This document shows positions 16,310-28,800 of a stretch of DNA of 64,000 bases, one piece after another. This DNA is from the human T2T-CHM13v2.0 reference genome, Homo sapiens. The translations under genes and the position numbers were made by a program. The stretch's first letter is position 1; each line of letters starts with the position of its first letter. The notes under the pieces are model-generated. The model did not search any database, had not been told where the DNA came from, and worked only from the letters and a program-made list of their open reading frames with translations. The stretch is taken from the NCBI RefSeq assembly GCF_009914755.1, contig NC_060935.1. The stretch is one strand, 5' to 3'.

Positions 16310-17310
16310 CAACACTGAGTGACTATAGGAAACCAGAAACCAGGCTGGGCGCTAAAGATGCAAAGATGAATGAGACATCATCTCTGCCGTCCAAAAGCTT
16401 ACTGTCTAGTGGGAGAGTTACACACGTAAGGACAGTAATCTAATAAGAGCTAATAAGTGAAAACTAAGATAAGTTAATAATACAAGATTACAGGGAAGGT
16501 TTCCAAAGTCAATGAGGCCTCAAATGAGTCTTGAAAGTGTGCAAGGATTAACCAAATGAAGAAATGTGTAAGCTTTTCAAACAAAAAGGAACAGCATGAG
16601 CAAATGCAAGGAGGCCTAAAATAAAGAGATGTGTAAAGAGGTGTAAGCAGCTTTGTACTGCTGCCTGATAATTAGAAGAATATCGGGAGTAACAAGAGCT
16701 ATAGAAGAGAGTCACAATTACGGAAAAATATTTATTAAATTATAAGAAATTTATAGCATAAGGAATAGTCGGACCATTAAATGTTTTAATAAAGATGATG
16801 CTTCTTTTTTTAATATTTATTTTTATTATACTTTAAGTTCTAGGGTACATGTGCACAACATGCAGGTTTGTTACATATGTATACATGTGCCATATTGGTG
16901 TGCTGCACCCATTAACTCATCATTTACATTAGGTATGTCTCCTAACGCTATCCCTCCCCCCTCCCCCCACCCCACAACAGGCCCCGGTGTGTGATATTCC
17001 CCTTCCTGTGTCCGTGTTCTCATTGTTCAAGTCCCACCTATGAGTGAAAACATGCGGTGTTTGGTTTTTTGTTCTTGAGATAGATGATGCTTTAAATTGA
17101 CCACTCTAGCTGCATTGTGGGAGGAAAAAAGATTTTAGAACAAGACTAGAAACAGAATAATTAGAAAAATGCAACTACAATGCAGATGAGTGATGATCAA
17201 GGTCTGAACTGAATAGTGGAAATAGAGATAAGGAGGCAAATTCAAGAAATGTGTGTGACAGTAAAATTAACATGACCTGGTGTTTGATTGACTCTGTAAA
17301 GTGAAAGGAT
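16310..17310 (-). mobile_element. L2 remnant (interrupted by L1PA)
   Basis: ctgagtgacta...ccaggctgggcgct...gatgaatgagaca...agcttactgtctagtgggagag pattern typical of antisense L2 3' end. Confidence 0.6.
16804..17081 (-). mobile_element. L1PA 3' end (~280 bp, young L1PA3-5-like)
   Basis: Antisense L1 3'UTR with T-tail; perfect 11-bp TSD AGATGATGCTT at 16793-16803 and 17082-17092. Confidence 0.92.
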
Positions 17311-17576
17311 GAATAATCAACAAATAATATTTATTCTACCAAATGCCTCCATGCCGCTCTGATGACAGGATAATATGTAAGCTTTTCTATATCTCAGAAA
17401 CTATATGACATGACGAAAAGTAAAAAGGGGATGGGGGTAAGGAGGTATCCTGAATTGACTGAGAAATAAGGAGGTATTCCACAGAGAATATAAAAAAACA
17501 TATACTTAGTGTTCAAGGAATAATAAAAAAGAGAACATCTATGTGTCCACCATACAGGATATGAAATAGAACATTT

Positions 17577-17725
17577 GCCGGCCATGGTTGCTCACACCTG
17601 TAATCCCAGTACTTTGGGAGGCCGAGGTGGGAGGATCACTTAAGCCCAGGACACAGGTTGCAGTGAGCCAAGATCACACTATTGTACTCCAGCCTGGGCC
17701 ACCATGTCTCAGAAAAATAAAAAAA
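17577..17725 (+). mobile_element. Alu monomer (FAM/FRAM-like)
   Basis: gctcacacctgtaatcccag...ggttgcagtgagccaagatcac...ctccagcctggg + A tail. Confidence 0.8.
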
Positions 17726-17763
17726 CTAGATGTCTTGGAGGATTGGAAACAAAATAGAACTTT

Positions 17764-20190
17764 ACTAGTGCCTTAGACACCCATTGGGTGCTCCTTGCCA
17801 ATTGTGTTCTCCTTTATTTCCTGCTGGATATGACCACTGTCCTTCCATTGCATTGTATGTGTTTTTTAATAGACTTTAATGGTTCTCAAGTGATGCATTA
17901 TTTAGTTTGGTTCTTTGAAACTTATATAAATGAAATTATTTTGTAGAAGTTCTTTCACCTTTATCAGAAGGTACTTTCACCTTGATTCAATAAGTTTGCA
18001 TATTACAACCTTGTTGAATGTTGCTGTAATTCATCCATTCATATTGCTATATGATATTCCACTACATGAATATGTCGGACTTCATTCCTCAGATCTATTG
18101 TTGATGAACACTTGAAATTTTTCCAGTTTTTAACCATTACAAACAATGCTGCTATGAACATTCTTTTGTAAATCACCTGGTTCATATGTGCAAGATATCC
18201 TCTGGGGTATATATTTAAAAGTAAAATTATTGAGTTATTCAACATTACCATGAAATGCTACACTATTTTTTTTAACAATCCTACCAATTCACACTTCTAC
18301 CACGAACAGATAAGCATTACCATTGGTCTTCATTTGTAGGAACCATATTTGTCTTTTGCTCTGGGGGCTTTGTTTTGTTTTGCTTTGTTTTTTGCTTAGA
18401 AGTGCTTTGGCTATTTGGGATCTTTTTTGGCTCCATGTGAACTTTAGGATTTTTTTTTAATTTTGTGAAAAATAACGTTGATAATTTGATGGGAATTGCA
18501 TTAACTCTATAGATTGTATGGGTGATATGGTCACTTTAGCTATTGATTTTTCTAATCCATGAGCATGGGATGTTTTTCCATTTGTTTATGTCATCTATAA
18601 TTTCTTTCATTAGTATTTTGTAGTTCTCCTTGTAGAGATCTTTCATTTATATAGTTATGCATTCCTAGGTATTTTTCATGGCTATTGTAAATTCAGTTGA
18701 GTTCTTAATTTGGTTCTCAACAAATTAATCTCAACAAACATTCAAACAGCTTGAATGTTTTTGGTGTATAGAAATACAACTGATTTTTGTGGCTTGTTTA
18801 TCCCAAGACTTTACTGAAGTCGTGTATCAAGTCTAGGAGTCTTCTGAAGACTTTAGGGTTTTCCAGGCCTACAGTCATGTCATCAGTGAGCAGAGATCAT
18901 TTGACTTCTTTTCTAATTTGTATACCTTTTATTTCTTTCTCCTTTCTGATAGTTCTGGCTAGCACTTCCAGTACTGTATTGAATAGGAATGATGAAGGTG
19001 AACATCCTTGCTTTTTTCCAGTTTCTAGAAGCAACACTTCCAACTTTTGCCCATCCAGGATGATGTTGGCTGTGGCTTTGTCATAGATGACTCATTTTTT
19101 GAGGTATACTCCATCTATACCTATATTGTTGAGGGTTTTTATCATAAACAGATGTTGGATTTTATCAAATGCTTATTCTGCATCTAATGAGATGATCATA
19201 GGGTTTTTGTTCTCAGTTCCATTTATGTGGTGAATCATGTTTATTGATTTGTCTATTTTGAACCATTCAAGCACCCCTGGAATAAAGCCCACTTGATCAT
19301 GATGAATTATCTTTTTGATGTGCTGTTAGCTTCAGTTTGCTAGAATTTTGTTGAGTATTTTTACATCTGTGTTGATCAGGGATAAGGATTTGTAGTTTTC
19401 TTTTGTGTTCTTTTTAAAATTTTCCTTGTTAATTTTACTGCACAGTATTATTTTAATGATGAATAAAGTGTTGAGCTGGACATGTGTACCTTGTCCCTCG
19501 TGTTAGAATGAAACTGTTTAATATGTCATGATTATTTATAATGTTGAGAGTAGTTTTTGTGTATATATTAAGATATTTACATCAGTTCTCTTCTATTCCT
19601 AGCTTGTTATTATTACAAATAGTTTCAAATGTGAACAAGTGCTTTACCCGCAGCTATTGAAATAACCATATTTTTTTCTTTTATTCAGTTAATGTGGTTA
19701 ATTTCATTGTTTGGTTTTCTAATTTTAAACCATACATTCTTGAAATTACTGCACTTAGTCACGATGTATTTTTCTTTGGAGTATATTGTTGGATATTTGC
19801 AAACATTTTTGTTTAGAATTATTATGTAGTATATTAGTCTGTAATTTCATTTCTTTTAATATCCTTGTATGGTTTTATTATCATGGAGGTACCACCATAT
19901 AAAACAAGTTGGAAAGTGTTATGTCTTCCCAATTCTCTAAAAATATTCATGTAACATTGGCATTATTTCTTTATTAAATATTTGGTAGTATTTCTTTATT
20001 AAATATTGCATCCACCTAGCCCTGGAGTTCTTTCTACAGGAAAAAAAAATTTTCTAAATAAAATTTCTACAATGAAAAAAAAACTACTCAGTTTTTCTAG
20101 TTTTTTTCTGATCATTTCATAAAAGTAGGTGTTTTTCATAGGAACTTGACCATTCCTTATGATTGTCAAATTTATTAATATAAAGTTTCA
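17764..20190 (-). mobile_element. Patchwork of old antisense L1 fragments (L1ME-like 3' end; L1 ORF2 pieces)
   Basis: aatgctgctatgaacattc, ctaatccatgagcatgggatg, ctggctagcacttccagtact, aagcccacttgatcatg motifs; boundaries approximate. Confidence 0.7.
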
Positions 20191-23070
20191 TATTTTATAT
20201 TTATTTTATCAGATAAATAAAATTATATGTTTTGAAATATATATTCATTGTAAAATAGCCATGTTAAGCTAACATATGCATTACCTTACATGCTTATCTT
20301 TTTTTATGAGAACACTTAAAAATCTACTCTTAGCAATTTTGAAGAATACAAGTACATCCCCTATGGAGAACAGTTTGAAGGCTCCTCAAAAAAGTAAAAA
20401 TAGAGCTACCATGTGGTCCAGCAATCCCACTGCTGCATATATACCCCCCAAAAAAGAAATCAGTATATCGAAGAGATATCTGCACTCCCGTATTTGTTGC
20501 AGCACTATTTACAATAGCGAAGTTATGGAGTCAACCTAAGTGTCCATCAACAGATGAATGAATAAAGAAAATGTGGTACTTATATACAATGAAGTACTAT
20601 TCAGCCATAAAAAGGAATGAGACCCTGTCATTTGCAACAACATAGATGAAACTGGAGGTCATTATGTTAAGTGAAATAAGCCAGGCACAAAAAGACAAAT
20701 ACTATGTGTTATCACTTATATGTGGAATCCAAAAAGCAAACAACTGAACTCATGGAGATAGAGAGTAGAAGGAAGTATACCAGAGGCTGTGAAGGGTAGT
20801 GGGGGTTGGGAGAGGTGGGGGATGGTTAATGGGTACAAAAAAAGAAAGATTTAATAAGACCTAGTATTTGATAGCACAACAGGGGGATTGCAGTCTAAAA
20901 TTCAATTATACATTTAAAAATAACTGAAAGAGTATAACTGGATTGTTTATAACACAAATAATAAATGCTTGAGGGGATGAATATCCAATTTTCCATTATG
21001 TACTTATTGTACATTGCATGCCTGTACCAAAATATTTCATGTACCCCATAAATGTATACACCTGCTATGTACCCACAAAAATTAAATTTAAAAACAATAC
21101 ATTGTTATCCACTATAGTCACCATATTGCACAATAGATCTGTTGAATTCATTCCTCCTGTACAATGCAATTTTGTACCCTTCGACCAACATCTACCCAAT
21201 CCTCCTGGTAACCATCATTCTACTCTGTACTTCTATGTGTTCAGCCTTCTTAGACCTCCACATACAAGTGAGATTATGCAGTATCTGGCTTTCTGTGCCT
21301 GGATTATTTTACTCAGTATAATGTCCTCCCGGTTCATTCATGTTGTCACAAATGATACTTTTTTTATTTTTTAAGGTTGTATACTATTCTATTGTGTATG
21401 TGTACCACGTTTTCTTCATCCACTCATGTGTCGATGGATACTTAAGTTAATTCCACATCTTGGCTGTTGTGAATAATGCTACAATAAATATGGGAGTACA
21501 GATAACTCATTGACACACTGATTTGATATCTTTTTAATATATGCCCAGAAATAGCATTACTGGATCATATGGTAATTCTATTTTTACAGAATCATTTATA
21601 CTGTCTTTTACAATGGCTGAAATAATTTACATTCTCAACAATTACAAGGTTTTCCTTTTCTCCACATCCTCTCCAACACTTGGTATCTTCTGCCTTTTCT
21701 GTAACAGCCATTCTAACGGATGTGAAATGGCATTTTATTGTAGTTTTAATATGCATTTCTCTGATGATCAGTGATAATTAGCATTTTTATATATCTGTTG
21801 GCCATTTGTATGTCTTCTTTTGAGAAATGTCTATTTAGATCCTTTGTCAATTTTTCATTAGGGTTCCCTGTTTTCTTATTATTGAGTTGTTTGTGTTCCT
21901 AAGATATTTTGGACATTAGCCTCTTATCAAATGTATAGTTTGCAGATAATTTCTCCCATTTTGTAGGTTATCACTTCACTCTGTTGACTTTCTTTTGCTG
22001 TGCAGAAGCTTTTTAGGTTGATGCTATTCCATTTGTGTTTTGTTGCTTTTCTTGCCTGTGCTTTAGAGTCATATCATAAAATATTATTGCCCAGACCAAT
22101 GTCTTGGAGTTATTCCCCTGTTTTCTTCTAGGAGTTCTATAGTGCTAGGTCTTACATTTAAGTCTAACTTATTTTGAGTTTATATTTTTATATGGTATGA
22201 AATAAGGGCCTAATATCAATCTTGTGGACATTCAGTTTTCTCAACACCATTTTTTTGAAGAGACTGTTCTTTCCCCATGTGTGTTCCTGGCACCTTTGTT
22301 GAAAGTCAATTGACTATAATATGTAGATTTATTTATGGGCTCTTTATTCTGTGTAATTGGTCTATGTGTCTGCGTTTATGCCAGTACCATGGTGTTTCGA
22401 TTGCTATAGCTATGTAGTATAATTTGAAGTCAGGTAATGTGATATCTCCTGCCTTGCTTTTTTTGATCAAGATTCTTTTGGCTTTTCAGAGTTTTTTGTG
22501 ATTCCATACAGATTTGAGAGTTGTTTTTCTATTTCTGTGGGAAAATGTCATAGGAATTTGGTAGAGATTGCATTCAATATGTACATCACTTTGGATAGTA
22601 TGAACATTTCAAACATATTACTTTTTCCAATCCATGAACATGAGATATCTTTCCATTTATTTGTGGCTTCTTCAATTGCTTTCATCAATGTTTTGTAGTT
22701 TTCAGTGTAAAGATCATTCACCTCTTTGTTTAAATTTACATCTAAGTATTTTTTGTTGCTATTATAAATAGGATTGTTTTCTTGATTTCTTTTTTTGTAT
22801 AGTTTGTTGTTGATGTGTAGAAATGCTACTGAATTTTGTATGTTCACATTGTATCCTGCAACTTTACTAAATTCATTTATGAATTCTAAATTTTTTGGCA
22901 GAGTTATTGGTGTTTTCTATATATAAGATCATGTCAACTGCAAACAGAAACAATTTAACTTCTTCCTTTCCAATTTTCATGCCTTTTATTTCTTTCTTTT
23001 GCCTAATTGCTCTGGCTAGGACATCCAGTACTATGTTGAATAGAAGTTCTGAGAGTGGGCACCCTTGTAT
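20190..23070 (-). mobile_element. L1MA-type element (3' end + ORF2), split by a sense L1MA insertion
   Basis: aaaatctactcttagcaattttgaagaatacaa at 20320-20350 resumes as aatacattgttatccactatagtcacc at ~21096; ORF2 peptides QGCPLS...KEEVKL at 22873-23082. Confidence 0.8.
20357..21094 (+). mobile_element. L1MA1-3-like 3' end nested in older L1MA
   Basis: cagcaatcccactgctg, aacctaagtgtccatcaacagatgaatg, ggttaatgggtacaaaaa, atgtacccacaaaaattaaa; degenerate TSD ~acaa(g)tacat. Confidence 0.8.
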
Positions 23071-23222
23071 GAAATTTTCCACAACATCTCTTATCTTTTT
23101 ATTAGCTATATATTAATACGGATGTTTCTTCTTCATCAGGAGTTTGAAAAATATGTCTTTTCTCTATATTGTTCTTAATCAGTCTTCCTAGAAGTATTTC
23201 AATTTCAAAAAGTAGCAACAAC

Positions 23223-23703
23223 TGTGGGAGTTCAGTCAGGCTGGTGGGAAAAATTTTAAAGATAGTTATAAGAAATCGACACAAACCTTCATGGAAGGCT
23301 GGGGGTGTTGTATAGCTTCAGTAATAGATCTGAATGAAGGCGGCCTAATCCTTCCTTGAGTAAATAGCTTAAAGTAGGTGCAAAGGAATGTAAGGGAGTT
23401 TATCTAAATAACTTGTTTACTCATGTGGTCCTGAAGCCAACCTTTGATCATTCACAGGCAGGATGGCTCTCTCTCGGGGGAGGGTGACCAGGTTAATTAC
23501 CCTCTATTTGTGTTGACTAAAAGCCCCTGTCATTTAATGTTTTTTCAATAAATGCTGGCAGGGCTAGCTAGTCAGGGCTCGTGGCTGCCAGAACTCTTTC
23601 TGTGCACGGCCCAGCCCCCTAGCGGCTCTTTCACTGAATAATTGGTGTCTGAGTACATTATTCATCCCTCGTGCAGCTGGGGTCTGCAGGACAGACCCCC
23701 ACA
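23223..23703 (+). mobile_element. Solo ERV LTR, probably LTR22 family (HERV-K HML-5)
   Basis: TG...CA termini (tgtggg...cccaca inverted ends), 481 bp, AATAAA at ~23547, perfect 6-bp TSD AACAAC at 23217-23222 and 23704-23709; family name from recalled 5' motif gttcagtcagg(c/a)tggtgggaaaaat. Confidence 0.8.
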
Positions 23704-23739
23704 AACAACAATTTGCAAAAGCAAACTTCCCTGTTTTGT

Positions 23740-24775
23740 TTTTTTCCCAAGATGATAAATTAGAGGCTTTTAGTGTGCCTCAGCCACTTAGAAATAGCAA
23801 GAGAGTGCACAAAGGTCAACTCTGTGAGCTCTAAGTCAAGAAGGAAAATGGGAATCCACCAGAATCATGAAGGACATCATAGATCCCAAGAAGGAGAATG
23901 TGAGCAAACAGTCAACATGACAGCAACCAGCTTATAAAAGTGAGCGAAGTCCTAGTATGTGAGAGAGGCAGAGAGCCTCTCTCTGTAACTGACATTTTCA
24001 CTGTGAATCTGAGCAACCCCAGCCAAGTTGTTGCATTTTGTTTCTCCCAAGGCCTGGAGTCAACATGGGGAGAGGCTTGGAGATGCTGTGAAGCAAAGAC
24101 ACTGGGAACAGCTGCAGACATTTTCCCAGACCAGGAAGTAAGAGCAAGATGCCATTTTCAATCTGGATGCATGCAAAGTCAGCTTTTTTTTTCTTTTTGT
24201 GACCCAGCAGAATGCCTGCACAGGCATTTTAGTCTCAGGCCAAAGATTGGAACAACTGCTTTGGGGCTTGGTAGGGACCTTCACAGCCATATTGTGGGAA
24301 ACACCTCAGCAGTATGTGCTGGAATTGTGCTTTCCCCCATCGCAGCCTCAGGGCAACAGAAAAGCTGCTACAGCTGTAATTTCTCCCAGGTGATGAAACT
24401 TGCAGCCAGGGCCAGCTTGGAGACCTACAACCAGTCTGCAGGTGTCATTGCTGGGTGCCCCAGCCTGTTCCCCTGAGAATGTGATACAGCAGGGCTTTCT
24501 CTGCTTCACCCCCAGGCAGAAATTCAGGCATTGGAGCACCTGTCTACCTGGACCAGCATCCTGAGCTACCCCACCGTTTATAAACATAGGTTGTGGTGCA
24601 GTGGGGCCCTCTCCAGTCTATGGCCAGGCAGATTTCCAGGTATGTGGAGCACCCACTTGACTGGATCAGCAGCCTGAGCTTCCCCAACCTTCCTGTGCTG
24701 AGATTATAGTGCAGTGAGGCCCTCTCATCTCCACACATAGGCAGACCTCCAAGCAATTAGAGCACCTGCTCCTAT
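23740..24775 (+). mobile_element. Probable old L1 5'UTR fragment
   Basis: Starts ttcccaagatg...attagaggc, as L1 5' ends do (caagatgg YY1-like motif); no credible coding capacity. Confidence 0.5.
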
Positions 24776-25183
24776 GGAGAACTTAAATTTACAAGAAAAA
24801 AAACCATCAAAAATTGGCCAAAGGACATGAACAGACAATTCTCAAAAGAAGACATGGATGTGGCCAACAAACATATGAAAAAAAGCTCAAATCACTGATC
24901 ATTAGAGAAATGCAACTCAAAAGCACAATGAGATACTATCTCAAACCAGTCTTAATGGTGATTATCAAAAACTCCAGAAACAACAGTTGCTGGTAAGGCT
25001 GTGGAGAAATAGGAATGCTTTTACACTGTTTGTGGGAATGTAAATTAGTTCATTCACTGTGGAAGACAGTGTGACAATTCCTCAAAGATCTAGAACCAGA
25101 AATGCCATTTGCCCCAGCAATCCCTTTACTGAGTATATGCCCAAAGGAATATAAATCACTCTATTATAAAGATACATGCACAG

Positions 25184-25472
<289 letters not shown>

Positions 25473-25635
25473 ATATATATATACACATATACATACATAT
25501 ATATACATATATATACATATATACATATATTATATATGTAAATGTATATATATGTGTATATATATACACACATATATATACACATATATATACATATTAT
25601 AACTACATATATATACACACACACATACATATACA
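25473..25635. repeat. (TA)n/(CA)n microsatellite grown from the Alu tail
   Basis: Lies between the Alu A-tail and the right TSD copy. Confidence 0.93.
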
Positions 25636-25897
25636 TGCACACATATGTTTATTGCAGCACTATTTACGATAGAAAATACATGGAATCAACCCAAATGCCC
25701 ATCAATGATATCTTGGATAAAGAAAATGTGATATATATTCACCATGGAATACTATGCAGCCATTAAAATAAATGAGATCATGTTCTTTGCAGGGACATGG
25801 ATGAAGCTGGAAGCCATCACCCTCAGCAAACTAACACAGGAACAGAAAACCAAACACCACATGTTCTCAGTCGTAAGAGGGAGTTGAACAATGAGAG

Positions 25898-28800
25898 CAA
25901 ACACATGGATACATGGAGGGGAACAACACACACCAGGGCCTCTCAGGGGGACAGGGGGTAGGAGACCATCAGGACAAACACGTGGGTACATGGAGGGGAA
26001 CAACACACACCAGGGCCCCTCAGGGGGACAGGGGGTAGGAGACCATCAGGACAAACACGTGGGTACATGGAGGGGAACAACACACACCAGGGCCTCTCAG
26101 CGGGACAGGGGGTAGGAGACCATCAAGACAAACACGTGGGTACATGGAGGGGAACAACACACACCAGGGCCTCTCAGGGGGACAGGGGGTAGGAGACCAT
26201 CAGGACAAACACGTGGATACATGGAGGGGAACAACACACACCAGGGCCTCTCAGGGGGACAGGGGGTAGGAGACCATCAGGACAAACACGTGGGTACATG
26301 GAGGGGAACAACACACACCAGGGCCTCTCAGGGGGACAGGGGGTAGGAGACCATCAGGACAAACACGTGGGTACATGGAGGGGAACAACACACACCAGGG
26401 CCTCTCAGGGGGACAGGGGGTAGGAGACCATCAGGACAAACACGTGGGTACATGGAGGGGAACAACACACACCAGGGCCTCTCAGGGGGAACAGGGGGTA
26501 GGAGACCATCAGGACAAACACGTGGGTACATGGAGGGGAACAACACACACCAGGGCCTCTCAGGGGGACAGGGGGTAGGAGACCATCAGGACAAACACGT
26601 GGGTACATGGAGGGGAACAACACACACCAGGGCCTCTCAGGGGGACAGGGGGTAGGAGACCATCAGGACAAACACGTGGGTACATGGAGGGGAACAACAC
26701 ACACCAGGGCCTCTCAGGGGGACAGGGGGTAGGAGACCATCAGGACAAACACGTGGGTACATGGAGGGGAACAACACACACCAGGGCCTCTCAGGGGGAC
26801 AGGGGGTAGGAGACCATCAGGACAAACACGTGGGTACATGGAGGGGAACAACACATACCAGGACCTCTCAGGGGGACAGGGGGTAGGAGACCATCAGGAC
26901 ACACACGTGGGTACATGGAGGGGAACAACACACACCAGGGCCTCTCAGGGGGACAGGGGGTAGGAGACCATCAGGACACACACGTGGGTACATGGAGGGG
27001 AACAACACACACCAGGGCCTCTCAGGGGGACAGGGGGTAGGAGACCATCAGGACAAACACGTGGGTACATGGAGGGGAACAACACACACCAGGGCCTCTC
27101 AGGGGGACAGGGGGTAGGAGATCATCAGGACAAACACGTGGATACATGGAGGGGAACAACACACACCAGGGCCTCTCAGGGGGACAGGGGGTAGGAGATC
27201 ATCAGGACAAACACGTGGATACATGGAGGGGAACAACACACACCAGGACTTCTCAGGGGGACAGGGGGTAGGAGACCATCAGGACAAACACGTGGGTACA
27301 TGGAGGGGAACAACACACACCAGGGCCTCTCAGGGGGACAGGGGGTAGGAGACCATCAGGACAAACACGTGGGTACATGGAGGGGAACAACACACACCAG
27401 GGCCTCTCAGCGGGACAGGGGGTAGGAGACCATCAGGACAAACACGTGGGTACATGGAGGGGAACAACACACACCAGGGCCTCTCAGGGGGACAGGGGGT
27501 AGGAGACCATCAGGACAAACACGTGGATACATGGAGGGGAACAACACACACCAGGGCCTCTCAGGGGGACAGGGGGTAGGAGACCATCAGGACAAACACG
27601 TGGGTACATGGAGGGGAACAACACACACCAGGGCCTCTCAGGGGGACAGGGGGTAGGAGACCATCAGGACAAACACGTGGGTACATGGAGGGGAACAACA
27701 CACACCAGGGCCTCTCAGGGGGACAGGGGGTAGGAGACCATCAGGACAAACACGTGGGTACATGGAGGGGAACAACACATACCAGGACCTCTCAGGGGGA
27801 CAGGGGGTAGGAGACCATCAGGACAAACACGTGGATACATGGAGGGAACAACACACACCAGGGCCTCTCAGGGGGACAGGGGGTAGGAGACCATCAGGAC
27901 AAACACGTGGGTACATGGAGGGGAACAACACACACCAGGGCCCCTCAGGGGGACAGGGGGTAGGAGACCATCAGGACAAACACATGGATACATGGAGGGG
28001 AACAACACACACCAGGGCCTCTCAGGGGGACAGGGGGTAGGAGACCATCAGGACAAACACGTGGGTACATGGAGGGGAACAACACACACCAGGGCCTCTC
28101 AGGGGGACAGGGGGTAGGAGACCATCAGGACAAACACGTGGATACATGGAGGGGAACAACACACACCAGGGCCTCTCAGGGGGACAGGGGGTAGGAGACC
28201 ATCAGGACAAACACGTGGGTACATGGAGGGGAACAACACACACCAGGGCCTCTCAGGGGGACAGGGGGTAGGAGACCATCAGGACAAACACGTGGGTACA
28301 TGGAGGGGAACAACACACACCAGGGCCTCTCAGGGGGACAGGGGGTAGGAGACCATCAGGACAAACACGTGGGTACATGGAGGGGAACAACACATACCAG
28401 GGCCTCTCAGGGGGACAGGGGGTAGGAGACCATCAGGACAAACACGTGGGTACATGGAGGGGAACAACACACACCAGGGCCTCTCAGCGGGACAGGGGGT
28501 AGGAGACCATCAGGACAAACACGTGGATACATGGAGGGGAACAACACACACCAGGGCCTCTCAGGGGGACAGGGGGTAGGAGACCATCAGGACAAACACG
28601 TGGATACATGGAGGGGAACAACACACACCAGGGCCTCTCAGGGGGACAGGGGGTAGGAGACCATCAGGACAAACACGTGGGTACATGGAGGGGAACAACA
28701 CACACCAGGGCCTCTCAGGGGGACAGGGGGTAGGAGACCATCAGGACAAACACGTGGGTACATGGAGGGGAACAACACACACCAGGGCCTCTCAGGGGGA

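Noticed and set aside
23940-24476. 178-aa ORF
   Set aside because: Non-ATG start, no recognisable domain, lies in probable L1 5'UTR
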